Source: Synechococcus sp. (GTDB lineage Bacteria > Cyanobacteriota > Cyanobacteriia > Thermostichales > PCC-7336). From it: 46,476 bases of DNA. Shown here one piece after another: positions 19,479 to 29,348 of this stretch (the first letter of the stretch is position 1; every line of letters starts with the position of its first letter). The notes under the pieces were generated by a model that had not been told where the DNA came from, ran no database searches, and saw nothing but the letters and a program-made list of their open reading frames with translations. Location: contig JBFRWD010000127.1 of the NCBI GenBank assembly GCA_051439425.1, positions 1 through 46,476 on the forward strand. The letters run 5' to 3'. The position numbers and the translations under genes are program-made.

Positions 19479-19611
19479 TGTGTTCTTAATCGAGCGGAAC
19501 TATTGCCGGTTGATCTGAAAAGGAGTTCACGCCTAAACCTTCAAGTCTGGTGGAGGAAAGCACAACAGTTGGGAGTGGAGATGTCGGCATTATGGGAATG
19601 GTTCTGCGAAA

Positions 19612-19639
19612 AAAGCGGCTGCTTTAATGCAGCCGCTTT
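19612..19639 (-). terminator. Intrinsic terminator downstream of infC (probably bidirectional with proC)
   Basis: AAAGCGGCTGC tttaat GCAGCCGCTTT, with an A-run on the left giving a U-tract on the minus strand. Confidence 0.8.
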
Positions 19640-19666
19640 CACGGTCTATCAATACGCTTGGCGTCT

Positions 19667-20209
19667 CTAAGCTTTACGAGGGCCAAGAATCATGATCATA
19701 TTCCTGCCTTCTTTTTTAGGACGTTGTTGAACTTCGGCCAACTCTCCTAAATCAGATGCTAGGCGATTGAGTAGTTTATGAGCCAGATCGGTGTGCTGGA
19801 TTTCTCGTCCCTTGAAGATGACGCATGCCTTTACCTTATCGCCATGCTTGAGAAACTTTTGGGCACTGCGAAGGCGAACATTATAGTCGTGCTCTTCAAT
19901 CTTGTATCGCATCTTCACCTCTTTCACATCGGAGGTGTGCTGCTTTTTCTTGGCTTCCCGAGCTTTTTTCTCCTGCTCAAACTTAAACTTTCCGTAGTCC
20001 ATGATGCGACACACGGGAGGGTTGGCGCTTTCGCTCACCAACACCAAGTCTAAGTCCTTATCACGAGCAATCTGCCGAGCTTCATCTGGACTCATAATCC
20101 CCAGTTGAGTCCGATCTTCGTCGATGACGCGAATGCTGGGAAAACGAATGCGCTCGTTAATGTTGGGAAGGTCTCGTCGGGGACGACGAGGGCTCGGATG
20201 TCTAGCCAA
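19667..20209 (-). CDS. infC: Translation initiation factor IF-3
   Basis: [28 protein letters not shown] and FKGRE motifs; non-ATG start, probably TTG at 20209 after AGGA. Confidence 0.95.
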   Translation of the reverse strand: MARHPSPRRPRRDLPNINERIRFPSIRVIDEDRTQLGIMSPDEARQIARDKDLDLVLVSESANPPVCRIMDYGKFKFEQEKKAREAKKKQHTSDVKEVKMRYKIEEHDYNVRLRSAQKFLKHGDKVKACVIFKGREIQHTDLAHKLLNRLASDLGELAEVQQRPKKEGRNMIMILGPRKA

Positions 20210-20368
20210 GTGGGTAAAAAGTCCTATATTGAGACGACAATAGCGAAGCTTACATCTGCCCGATATGAGGACATCTGAAAACTTCGCACCTATTCGCAAT
20301 ACTAGCTCGTGCTAGTCGCTGCTACAGTTCATTTTTTCCCAATTTTAGCAAAGACTTTCAGATGCCTA

Positions 20369-20384
20369 ACATATATATAGATAT
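20369..20384 (+). repeat. 16-bp AT-rich direct repeat, copy 1 (ACATATATATAGATAT)
   Basis: Identical to 24172-24187; this copy extends into a tandem (ATATATATAG)x2. Confidence 0.8.
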
Positions 20385-20466
20385 ATATAGACAAATAGGT
20401 AGACAGCAAAACCGTCCGAGCAGCAGCTTACTCAATTCGGCCTGCCTAAGAGGTTTTCAGCAATCG

Positions 20467-23400
20467 CTAAGATTCGCGCTCAACTCGGATAATGTTTTCG
20501 GTGATGTTGGCAAACGTGTCGTCATGGCTAATCACAAACAGTTGTTTGAACGATTTAATGTTAGCAATGGCTTCCGCCAATCGTTCCCGACGGGGCCTAT
20601 CCATATTGGTGGTAGGCTCGTCAAAAAAGGCAACATCAATATCTGCCAATGCTCGAAGCAAGGCTAGCCGCACCGCCAGCGCGGCAACCATTTGCTCCCC
20701 CCCAGACAAACTAGCAAATTTGCGTTTTTGGCTGCCTCCCTCTTGTACGGTGATGTTGTAATCTGGCTGCCACTTCAGCGACACTGTGGGCCGATTGAGG
20801 ATTTCGCGAAATAGGCGATCGGCTTCTCGATTAACACTGCTTTGATAAAGCTCGGTAATGCGCGGACCGGCATCGCGAAACACTTTGCGGATGTATTTGA
20901 CGAATCGTTGCAGCCGTTCTCTTTGTTTCTTTTCGTCTGTGTATGTGCTGACTTGTTGCCGCACCGTTTCCAGACTGTCTAGTTGGTTACCTAGTCGCTC
21001 TAGATGGGGTTGTGCCGTTTGAATTTGAGTTTGTAATTGAGTTTGTCGGGTTTTATGCTCGTCACACGATCGCTTCAGTTGCTCGAAGGCTGGGAGATCG
21101 AAAGTTTCTGCAAGAGTATGTTTCTGCGCCAACAGTTCAGCCTTTTGGGTTTCTAGTTCCGCTAATTGCATTTGAAGATCGTTCATTTGCTGCTGTCGTT
21201 CGGCGAGGGTCTTGGCGAGTTCTTGATGGGCTAATACTGCCTGGAACGCCTCTCTATGAAGATCGCGTTCTTGTTGGCAAGCTTGATACTGCCGGTCGAG
21301 TGTTGCGGTTGCCTCCAACTCTGTTTGAATGGCCTTTAGTTGTTCTTGGTCGTCGCGTGCGCTCACCGTCACCTGCTCTAGCCGCTGTTGTAAGCAAGAC
21401 CGCTGCTGCAAGTCTTTTGTTAGGCGAGCCACCTGCTGTTTGGGGTTTTGCAGGCGATCCAATTCTGTTGCAATGTCTGCTTGCTGTTGAGCCATGTCCT
21501 CTGCAGAACCTTTTGTTTGGATGAATTCTTCCAGCTTTAATAGGTGGGTTTGAAGGTCGGTTTGCAGTTCACCTAATTCTTGGGATGCTGTATTGCAACT
21601 GTGCTGGCGCTGGTCCAAGGTGCCAGCAACTTCTTCCAACTTGAGAAAACGTTGATGGGCATCGTGAAACTGTTGGCGAATGGTTTGCTGAGCTGCGATT
21701 TGTTCGGGGAGAGAGTCTAATGGCGCTAAGGATTTATCTAATTGGCTTAACTCGGTCTGCTGGTTGGCCAGCGAGTTGCTGACCCGACTCCAGTGGCGAT
21801 CGATGTCCCGATAGTTATGGCGTTCTTGTCTCAACAAAGCGAGCTGAGATCGCGGGTTATCCAGTGCCTGCAATTGCGAGGTAATGTCCGCCAACTGCTG
21901 ACGGCAAGCCTCTTGGGCTTCAAGCTGGCTTCGTAAATCGGCCACTTGCTCCTTGAGTCCCGCCAACTTATGTCGAAATCGCCGTTGTTCGTCCTCCAGA
22001 GCGGGTAATTCCTCTAGGCGAGAGTTGGCTAGCATTGCGTCCTGTAGTCGGGCCTCCAACTGATGGCGCTCGGCGATTAATGCATCCTCGTCAGTTTGGT
22101 GGGCGAGGTCGTCCAAAATTCCGGCCACTTGCGAGAGGAGTTCTGTTGAAATGGTATGACCTTGGCGCAGCAAGGGAGATACAGGCTCCAATAGCAATCG
22201 CAAATGGGGATCAGCTTGCGCAGTCGATTCCAGAGTTTGTAACAGTTGCTTGGATTGCTGACGATAGTCCGTAAGGTTCTCAGTCCCGACCTGATAAATG
22301 GCATCTAACTCTTGGTGAAAATCTCGAGCCGCGGATTGATGGGCGAGCTGATGGGTGCAGCGTTCGATCTGTTGACGAAGGGTAGGAATGGCTTCGACAG
22401 TTGCCGTCAATGCCTGCCGTCTCTCGATTTTGGCTTGCAGCGTGGCGATCGCCTGGCCCACTTCATCGGCCGCTTCCACACGCTGTTGTAATGTCACCTT
22501 TATTGTTTGAAGCCGATTGCTTTGAGTCTCTAGGTGAATTCGCTTCTGTTCTAAGGCGTCCTGTTCCGGAATCTGTGCTTCACGCATGGCGATCTCGCGA
22601 TCGAGATACTGCATCCGTTGCCGTTGTTCCTGCAGAGTTGCTTGCTCCCGCTGAATAGTTGCAAGGGCGGAGATGGCGTCAGCACGCTGTTGCAGTAGCT
22701 GCTCCCGATGTTGCTGCTGTTGGCGCAGTTTTGTCAATTCTGATTCCGCTTGGCGAACTTGCTCGTAGGCTGGGCGATCGGCTTCCCGTTGTTGTTGGGC
22801 GTTCCGAGCCATTTTCAGATCCTCTTGCACCCGTTGGTAACGCTGTTGATAAGCTTCGAGTCTTGTTTCTTGTAATGTCCGATCGCTCTGAAGTTGTTGC
22901 AGCTGAGATCGCTGTTCGGACAGTTGCTGCCGGACTTGTTCCAGCCTCTGTTGTTGGATGACGAGGGGCTTGAGATGCTCGATCTGAGCTTCCGCTTGCT
23001 CCAATAACGTCAGGCGCTCTTGCAGTTTGGCTTTTTGGGTATCGCGATCGCGGTTAGTTTCTAATAATGCCTGAAGCTGCTCCTGCAACACTTGCCGTCG
23101 GCTGCGCTGCTGCTCCAGTTCTTTCAAAGCTAGTTCTGCTGCTTCGAAGGCTGCATGTCCCTGCAAGTTCGCTGACACAATCGCAGTTGCTTGCTTGGCA
23201 GTATCGACATCTGCTTGCGATCTCTTTAATACTTGTTGTTTTAGATCGATCGCGTTCCCCGCTTGTTGAAGATGTTGCTCCAGTGCCTGTAGTTGATTGA
23301 CTGTTGCTTCCGACGCGGCTAACGACTGGGACATCACTTCTAGCCGATCGTTGACAGTCTCCAATAATTCTGTGTCGCGGGCGATCTCCGCCTGCAATTG

Positions 23401-24024
23401 CTGCTGCCGCTGGTGCAGTTCGTCCCATTCTTGCAGTTGGACATTGCACAGCTCAATCTGATGCTCGCTGTCGCCGATCCGTTCCTCACCGTATTTCTGC
23501 AATAACAGGAGATCCTTGTAGATTTCTTGGTACTCCTCCACTTTGAGGATGCTGTCAAAAATCCGCTTTCGATCCTGAGGGGTTTTCAAAAAATCCGCGG
23601 TAAACGTCCCCTGCGGCACACCAATCGTATTGGAAAACAACTTGGGTAAATCCGTTCCAGCCGGAACTCCCAAATGCTGCCGCAACCAGCGCAACACATC
23701 CACCTTCTTCTCAGGCTCCAGCCGCCGATCGATTTGGGGATCGTACAGTCGATAGCCCGTTGCCGTACTACGACGCACTTCGTAGGTGCGCTCTTCCACA
23801 ACAGAGACAAAGGTGACGGTAGCTTCAGCGCTGTTGGCCCCCTCCCGAATCATGTCATCTATTGTGTAAGGGCTATGGTCAAACAATACCCACGCGATCG
23901 CCTCTAGAATCGACGTCTTGCCCGCACCGTTTTCTCCGCAAATGGCATTGGTTCCCATCTCAAAGGAAAAATGCCGATCTGCATGTGATTTGAAATTTCG
24001 CAGTGTCACTGACAGAATTTGCAT
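20467..24024 (-). CDS. sbcC: SbcC/Rad50-like SMC-family ATPase
   Basis: Walker A GENGAGKTS, Q-loop VPQG, signature LSGGE, Walker B/D-loop FFDEPTTNMD, H-loop ISH, long coiled coil; downstream of sbcD. Confidence 0.92.
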   Translation of the reverse strand: MQILSVTLRNFKSHADRHFSFEMGTNAICGENGAGKTSILEAIAWVLFDHSPYTIDDMIREGANSAEATVTFVSVVEERTYEVRRSTATGYRLYDPQIDRRLEPEKKVDVLRWLRQHLGVPAGTDLPKLFSNTIGVPQGTFTADFLKTPQDRKRIFDSILKVEEYQEIYKDLLLLQKYGEERIGDSEHQIELCNVQLQEWDELHQRQQQLQAEIARDTELLETVNDRLEVMSQSLAASEATVNQLQALEQHLQQAGNAIDLKQQVLKRSQADVDTAKQATAIVSANLQGHAAFEAAELALKELEQQRSRRQVLQEQLQALLETNRDRDTQKAKLQERLTLLEQAEAQIEHLKPLVIQQQRLEQVRQQLSEQRSQLQQLQSDRTLQETRLEAYQQRYQRVQEDLKMARNAQQQREADRPAYEQVRQAESELTKLRQQQQHREQLLQQRADAISALATIQREQATLQEQRQRMQYLDREIAMREAQIPEQDALEQKRIHLETQSNRLQTIKVTLQQRVEAADEVGQAIATLQAKIERRQALTATVEAIPTLRQQIERCTHQLAHQSAARDFHQELDAIYQVGTENLTDYRQQSKQLLQTLESTAQADPHLRLLLEPVSPLLRQGHTISTELLSQVAGILDDLAHQTDEDALIAERHQLEARLQDAMLANSRLEELPALEDEQRRFRHKLAGLKEQVADLRSQLEAQEACRQQLADITSQLQALDNPRSQLALLRQERHNYRDIDRHWSRVSNSLANQQTELSQLDKSLAPLDSLPEQIAAQQTIRQQFHDAHQRFLKLEEVAGTLDQRQHSCNTASQELGELQTDLQTHLLKLEEFIQTKGSAEDMAQQQADIATELDRLQNPKQQVARLTKDLQQRSCLQQRLEQVTVSARDDQEQLKAIQTELEATATLDRQYQACQQERDLHREAFQAVLAHQELAKTLAERQQQMNDLQMQLAELETQKAELLAQKHTLAETFDLPAFEQLKRSCDEHKTRQTQLQTQIQTAQPHLERLGNQLDSLETVRQQVSTYTDEKKQRERLQRFVKYIRKVFRDAGPRITELYQSSVNREADRLFREILNRPTVSLKWQPDYNITVQEGGSQKRKFASLSGGEQMVAALAVRLALLRALADIDVAFFDEPTTNMDRPRRERLAEAIANIKSFKQLFVISHDDTFANITENIIRVERES

Positions 24025-24171
24025 GCGCTATCCTGTAGCCCTTGATGAAGAGAACGTGGATACCGAGACGTGTCTTGGGGATTGCGTCTTAAAGGTTCTA
24101 TTTCAGAGGTCGTGTCTCAGAAGTGAAAGCAAAGTGTTTCCCTTTCAATCGAGTTAGGTTTGCAGACATCC

Positions 24172-24187
24172 ACATATATATAGATAT
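24172..24187 (+). repeat. 16-bp AT-rich direct repeat, copy 2 (ACATATATATAGATAT)
   Basis: Identical to 20369-20384; lies 4 nt past the sbcD stop codon. Confidence 0.8.
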
Positions 24188-24191
24188 CGGC

Positions 24192-25499
24192 TTATTCGTT
24201 CGGCAGCTCTCCAGCCAATCCTTTCTCCAGATAGTCGTAAAGGTGATGCTCGGGCTCCCGTTCGGCCAGCATCTCCTTCAAGCCCACCAGCAAGGTGGCT
24301 AACTCTCCATTACGTTTTTTGTAGCGATTGTTCCGGGCCAGTAAGTCGGCAAATACTTGACTTTCCACTTGCAGGCGAGCGTCCCCCTCGCTGGCATTGG
24401 GAGCAACATCATACTGGATAGATTCCGCCTCTAGCTTGACTAAAACCACCAGTGCATTCGTTTTGTCTTGGATGTCACGCTTCAGTGTCTTTAAGTCCAG
24501 CTCATAGCGTTCGACGCCCAATTGCCCCACCAACTTGAGCTCGACAATCGCTTGCTGTTGAGGCTCGATCCCCGCCAAATCAACAGTATGTAGGGCATTC
24601 TCAACAATGTCATCTGCCGAGTCACTGCTCTTAACCTCGCACCGCAGTCGTATACAAGAACGCTGAAGATAATCGGTTTGCAAGCTAGCCGACACCCCAA
24701 CATGAGCTTTTCGCTGCTTAGATTCTTTAGAAATATCTAACTCCACGAGATAGGCTCCCCGTTGCATGTCGAATTCGGCAGCAGTATTGGCCAACAGCGA
24801 GCCTGGGTTAAACACCCAATCTTCCAACTCGTAGTTTTTGTGGATATGCCCCAATGCTAAATAATCAATCCCTGCTTCCCGTAATGGCAAAATCTCGCCA
24901 TATTTCAACGCTCCTGAATACCTGGCTACTTGACCTTCCATACCGTGGTGGAACATCAGCACCGTACTGGCCGGTCCTGGCGACAAATTAGTAACCGCGC
25001 GAGCAAGATGCGTAATAGCAGTCGGAGCCGCAGCCCCATACCATCGGGAGCCAATAACCCTGACGCCACAATCTAGGTCTATGTAGCTTCCAAATTTGCG
25101 CTCCACATCCCAAGGCTCCAATACAAACTCTCCGCGTTCCCCTGGCAGAGGTTCTAGCAAAATCAATAAATCTCGCTGCGCTAAATACTTCAGCCAACTA
25201 GTATTGGTGCCGTAAGGGCGGTTGTCATGATTTCCCTCGATCGCCAGAACTGAAATACCAGCATCTCGCAAGGGCCGTAATGCCAGCTCAGCTTGATTCA
25301 GTACGCTGGGCAAAATAGTCCGGTGTTCGAATAAATCACCAGCAACCAAAACAAAGTCAACGGACTCCTGCAGACCGTACCGCAGCAAAACATCACTAAA
25401 TGTATAAAAAAAATCTAAAGTCCGTTCGGGACTATCATAGCGATCGTATCCCAGGTGGATATCTGCAACATGCAGAAACCGAGCCGTTGTTTTGGCCAT
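24192..25499 (-). CDS. sbcD: SbcD/Mre11-like metallophosphoesterase nuclease
   Basis: HVADIHLG, AGDLF, GNHD, LGHIH and NPGS motifs. Confidence 0.93.
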   Translation of the reverse strand: MAKTTARFLHVADIHLGYDRYDSPERTLDFFYTFSDVLLRYGLQESVDFVLVAGDLFEHRTILPSVLNQAELALRPLRDAGISVLAIEGNHDNRPYGTNTSWLKYLAQRDLLILLEPLPGERGEFVLEPWDVERKFGSYIDLDCGVRVIGSRWYGAAAPTAITHLARAVTNLSPGPASTVLMFHHGMEGQVARYSGALKYGEILPLREAGIDYLALGHIHKNYELEDWVFNPGSLLANTAAEFDMQRGAYLVELDISKESKQRKAHVGVSASLQTDYLQRSCIRLRCEVKSSDSADDIVENALHTVDLAGIEPQQQAIVELKLVGQLGVERYELDLKTLKRDIQDKTNALVVLVKLEAESIQYDVAPNASEGDARLQVESQVFADLLARNNRYKKRNGELATLLVGLKEMLAEREPEHHLYDYLEKGLAGELPNE

Positions 25500-26220
25500 T
25501 TCCTTTGCCCAGCATGACTGCTGGAAAGCCTAGCAGACCCAACCAATACTGTCTGCCGTTGAATGACATGGCTTCAAGGATTCAGAACGAGCTAGCTCGC
25601 CCACTTTGCACTCTTTACTAAGGCGTACTAAAAATTTACACTTACTTTTAGAATCTTCAATTAGAAAACGCCTTACCCTGTCAGACATGTAGCTTCATTC
25701 TGATCTTGGAAGAAACAGCGGCCAAATGTATAAAAGACCACACTCTCTGACATGCCCTTACGCACGTATATGCTGATGTCTGCATCAGTTTCATCTGTGG
25801 AAACGAGCAGTACAAATAGCTAAATTCTCGGCTAGGTGTGTTCAAATGTTTGTTTGTGTAAACGCAATACTGTTTTTTGGCTTCGAAGCTGTAGTTTTCA
25901 GCACTGTCAACCCCGCTTTAATCAGCTAATTTAGTCGCGTACTGAATAGAGACCTGTGGTACCATCTCTCTGTAACGAGTTACACCTCCAGGGCATACTT
26001 TAGCCACTAGAGTTCTGTCCATTCCTGAGGTCAATTTGCGGCTTCACCGTCTCTCGTTATGTGGCGACAGCGTTCCAGGCTCGATTCCCGGTATGCCTTG
26101 CAGGTTTTTTATATTTCTGCGATAGCAGCACCCGGTTGTTATGACGATTTATCCCTTTTAGGTTCCGATCTAGCTAAGGAATTAGCGTCCCCTCATAAGC
26201 AAATTCTGTGGTGGCAGACG

Positions 26221-27333
26221 ATGGTAGCGGTTAATAATCGAACTCAGTTTTCCCAAGTCCCTCCTGCTGATAACACTTTTGTCACGAGTAGTGTTAGCGG
26301 CAACACATCTAGTTTTAATGTACGTCAACTGACTCAAGACGAGTTGCTGCAAGCATTGCTCGATGCCGAACTGGTCGCGGAAGAACAGGCGACGGTTATT
26401 AGAGGGTTAATAGGGGCATCTGGCGACCTTTCAATACCCGACTTGTTGGTCCAGAAAGGCATTCTTTCTAGAGAAACTGTAGACTTTTTCATCCACCAGT
26501 TCCCTATTCTTAAATCCGCCCCCAATTCAGCAAACTTGGGGCTGGTGATGCGATCGGCAAATCTAATTACCGCACGGCAGGAAGCCGAGGTTCTCCGCTA
26601 TCAACGAATGAATCCACGGTTGCGCTTCGGCGAAATTGCTGTGAACTTTGGCTACTGCAAGCAGGGTACTGTGGACTTCTTCTTGCAGTCTCTTTATCCA
26701 GCTGGACGCACACTACCGAGGGTGCCTCACTCTTCGATCGGCAACCGCGCTAAGCGAGTTCTGGATATCACTGGAGCCCTAGTGGGTCTAACCGTGACCG
26801 GACTGATCTATATCCCTCTGGCGATTGTCATTCGGATCGATAGTCCTGGTCCCGTCATGTACAGCCAAATTCGTCTTGGTCTTCGTGGCAAGCCCTTCCG
26901 TTTATGGAAGTTCCGTTCCATGATTCAGGGAGCTGATGTTAAGCAGCACTTACTGAAGAGCGAAACCAGCGGTCAATTTTTCAAGCAAAAGAACGACCCT
27001 CGCGTTACGCGTGTTGGCAGTTTTATCCGCAAAACAAGCTTGGATGAATTTCCCCAGTTCTGGAATGTACTCATGGGGGATATGAGCTTGGTCGGTACTC
27101 GCCCTCCCACTCCCAACGAAGCGATGGAGTACGAAGACTGGCACTGGAAGCGGCTGAATGTGAAGCCCGGTATTACTGGCGAGTGGCAGGTCAATGGGCG
27201 ATCGGCGATCACTGAGTTTGATGATGTAGTCAAGCTCGATATCCGGTATCAGAAGCGATGGAGCATCAGGCACGACCTCAACCTCATTATTCAGACGGTT
27301 GCTGCGATTTTTACCCGCAAAGGTGCCTGCTAG
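26221..27333 (+). CDS. Priming sugar transferase (Bac_transf/WcaJ-like) with N-terminal duplicated MshEN-like repeats
   Basis: KRVLDI, DSPGP, KFRSM, DPRVTRVGSFIRKTSLDEFPQFWNVLMGDMSLVGTRP and KPGITG; two roughly 64-aa N-terminal repeats each ending TVDFF; start 26221 or 26059. Confidence 0.88.
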   Translation: MVAVNNRTQFSQVPPADNTFVTSSVSGNTSSFNVRQLTQDELLQALLDAELVAEEQATVIRGLIGASGDLSIPDLLVQKGILSRETVDFFIHQFPILKSAPNSANLGLVMRSANLITARQEAEVLRYQRMNPRLRFGEIAVNFGYCKQGTVDFFLQSLYPAGRTLPRVPHSSIGNRAKRVLDITGALVGLTVTGLIYIPLAIVIRIDSPGPVMYSQIRLGLRGKPFRLWKFRSMIQGADVKQHLLKSETSGQFFKQKNDPRVTRVGSFIRKTSLDEFPQFWNVLMGDMSLVGTRPPTPNEAMEYEDWHWKRLNVKPGITGEWQVNGRSAITEFDDVVKLDIRYQKRWSIRHDLNLIIQTVAAIFTRKGAC

Positions 27334-27358
27334 AAAGCTTTCACAGTCCGTAGTCTCC

Positions 27359-27387
27359 AGACGCCCCGCCTTACAAGCGGGGCGTCT
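27359..27387. terminator. Hairpin terminator between convergent sugar transferase and peroxiredoxin genes
   Basis: AGACGCCCCGC cttacaa GCGGGGCGTCT, an 11-bp perfect stem. Confidence 0.8.
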
Positions 27388-27408
27388 TCTCGATTATCCT
27401 TGGCCCCA

Positions 27409-28044
27409 TTACCGGTTAGGCTGAGGCGTCATCCGCAGATAAGGCTTAACCTCAGTTATTCCTCTGGGGAATTTGACCTTGGCTTCCTCGGTGGCAATGG
27501 CCGGGGACACGACAACATCCTCCCCATCTTTCCAATTTACTGGAGTTGCAACGCTGTAGTTATCGGTCAGCTGCAATGAATCCAGAACGCGCAAGATTTC
27601 TGCAAAATTTCTACCGGTGCTGGGTGGATAGGTAATCGTTAGCCGCACTTTCCGGTTGGGATCGATCACAAAAACTGTGCGAACGGTCACTTTATCGCTG
27701 GCATTGGGATGAATCATGCCATACAGGCTGGCCACCGATTTATCCTCATCGGCAACGATCGGATAGTTAACATCGCATCCTTGGGGTTCGCCAATGTCTC
27801 CCACCCAGCCATTGTGGGATTCGACTCCATCAACACTGAGGGCAATGACTTTGGCATTGCGAGCTGCAAAGTCAGATTTCAATTTTGCAACTTCACCTAA
27901 CTCTGTCGTGCAAACCGGAGTAAAGTCTGCTGGGTGAGAGAAAAATACCACCCAGCTATCGCCGGCCCAATCGTAGAACGAGATATCTCCGGCGGTTGAC
28001 TTCTGAGTAAAGTTAGGGGCTGTATCGCCCAGTTGGAGGGACAT
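27409..28044 (-). CDS. 1-Cys peroxiredoxin (Prx6 family)
   Basis: FSHPADFTPVCTTELG, YPPSTGRNF and ATPVNW motifs. Confidence 0.95.
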   Translation of the reverse strand: MSLQLGDTAPNFTQKSTAGDISFYDWAGDSWVVFFSHPADFTPVCTTELGEVAKLKSDFAARNAKVIALSVDGVESHNGWVGDIGEPQGCDVNYPIVADEDKSVASLYGMIHPNASDKVTVRTVFVIDPNRKVRLTITYPPSTGRNFAEILRVLDSLQLTDNYSVATPVNWKDGEDVVVSPAIATEEAKVKFPRGITEVKPYLRMTPQPNR

Positions 28045-28328
28045 GTGGAGGCTCCTAGATTCGGAAAGGTCTCTGCAAATTAAAGTCGTGGCTACATTCT
28101 GGCACTAACCCCACTATTCCGATCGGATTTATGGTGTTTCTTTGAGATTGACATAGCAATCCGCTGTAAGGTCTAGAATCGTCAGAAAGCTTAAAGCCTT
28201 AATTTACAAGACGAAATGATTGGAGAATTTTCCATAGCCGATTGCCTAGCAATATATTTGATAGGCAAAACAAGAGGCCGCCCCTACTCGGAGACGACCT
28301 CGTTAACTGGTGGGCTTGGATGGAAACG

Positions 28329-29348
28329 TTAGGCTATTGCACTGGCTTGAGCCTGAGTCAGCAATGGGCTGATTGCACTTGGTGCGGCAGGGTTGAATTG
28401 AGGCATGACTTCGGCTGCAGTAACACACCCGAAGATGTCGTTATTGCGCAACCAAAGAGCAGTCTGAAGATAGCCCAAGACCGGCCCGTTAACGTTGGCC
28501 GCCATGCTGGTCTCGTTACCGAAGGTAAATGAGTGGGAACTGCGCTTTCCTTCAAATGTGATGCCCGTTAGCGTCATGGTCGTTTGCAAGGGTTTGCGAG
28601 GATTTCGAGTGTCGATCGTCCCGCCAACGGTAACGCGTTCTCGCGGACAAACTCCGGCCATCTCCAGCATCAAATCATCCGCGTGCTCCATGTTAGTCAG
28701 GTGCATCAGTCCGTTGGTCTTATCAAGCATGGCGTCGATCTCTTCGTCCGAGAGCGACTGTGCCATCGTGATGTCAAACCCGTCCATGTGGCCGATGTCT
28801 TCGCGAATGGTGCCACGATAGCGATCCCAGTTGTCGATCCCCACACCAAATTCAATCGTGACGGATAAAACTTCGACGTAGCTTTGAGCGGCCAATGCAG
28901 CTGCCGCTGTCAACAAACCGGGGGTCGCACCTGCACCAGTAACATGAGTGATACCTGCTGCTTTCAGAGCTTCGGAACGCTGCAAAACCAATTCCATTGC
29001 AGACGTACGTTTGAGGGCATCGGCGATGACCCCTTTGTAGCCGGTCGCAATGATGCGATCGATAACGGAGGGGAGAAAGTCATTGGGCAGGTTCGGGAGA
29101 GCCAGAAAAATTGCGTCAATCTCCTCGCCACGATCGAGCAATAGCTGGTCGATCGCCCGCTCGCACAGCACTCCTCCAGGAAGCATGGCACACCCAGAGA
29201 AGTCCTCGCGTAACGGAGCAATGCCGCTGGCATCGAATGCATATCCAGAGCGATCGAGGATCGCAACTGCTTGGATATCCCGCTTGTACTGCACTAAAGA
29301 CAGCATGGAGCGGCCCAATCCGCCAGATCCGTAAATTGCCAAACGCAT
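28329..29348 (-). CDS. bioU: BioU, suicide enzyme of biotin synthesis that replaces BioA
   Basis: GSGGLG Rossmann motif, LALPNLPN, DALKRTSA (reactive Lys), GATPGLLTAAAA, MEHADD and ETSMAANV match cyanobacterial BioU. Confidence 0.9.
   Translation of the reverse strand: MRLAIYGSGGLGRSMLSLVQYKRDIQAVAILDRSGYAFDASGIAPLREDFSGCAMLPGGVLCERAIDQLLLDRGEEIDAIFLALPNLPNDFLPSVIDRIIATGYKGVIADALKRTSAMELVLQRSEALKAAGITHVTGAGATPGLLTAAAALAAQSYVEVLSVTIEFGVGIDNWDRYRGTIREDIGHMDGFDITMAQSLSDEEIDAMLDKTNGLMHLTNMEHADDLMLEMAGVCPRERVTVGGTIDTRNPRKPLQTTMTLTGITFEGKRSSHSFTFGNETSMAANVNGPVLGYLQTALWLRNNDIFGCVTAAEVMPQFNPAAPSAISPLLTQAQASAIA

Noticed and set aside
20467..25499. SMC ATPase + nuclease as an anti-phage or anti-plasmid defence system
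   Set aside because: Mre11-type phosphoesterase plus Rad50-type ATPase in a housekeeping context fits ordinary SbcCD; no Wadjet or Lamassu partner genes.
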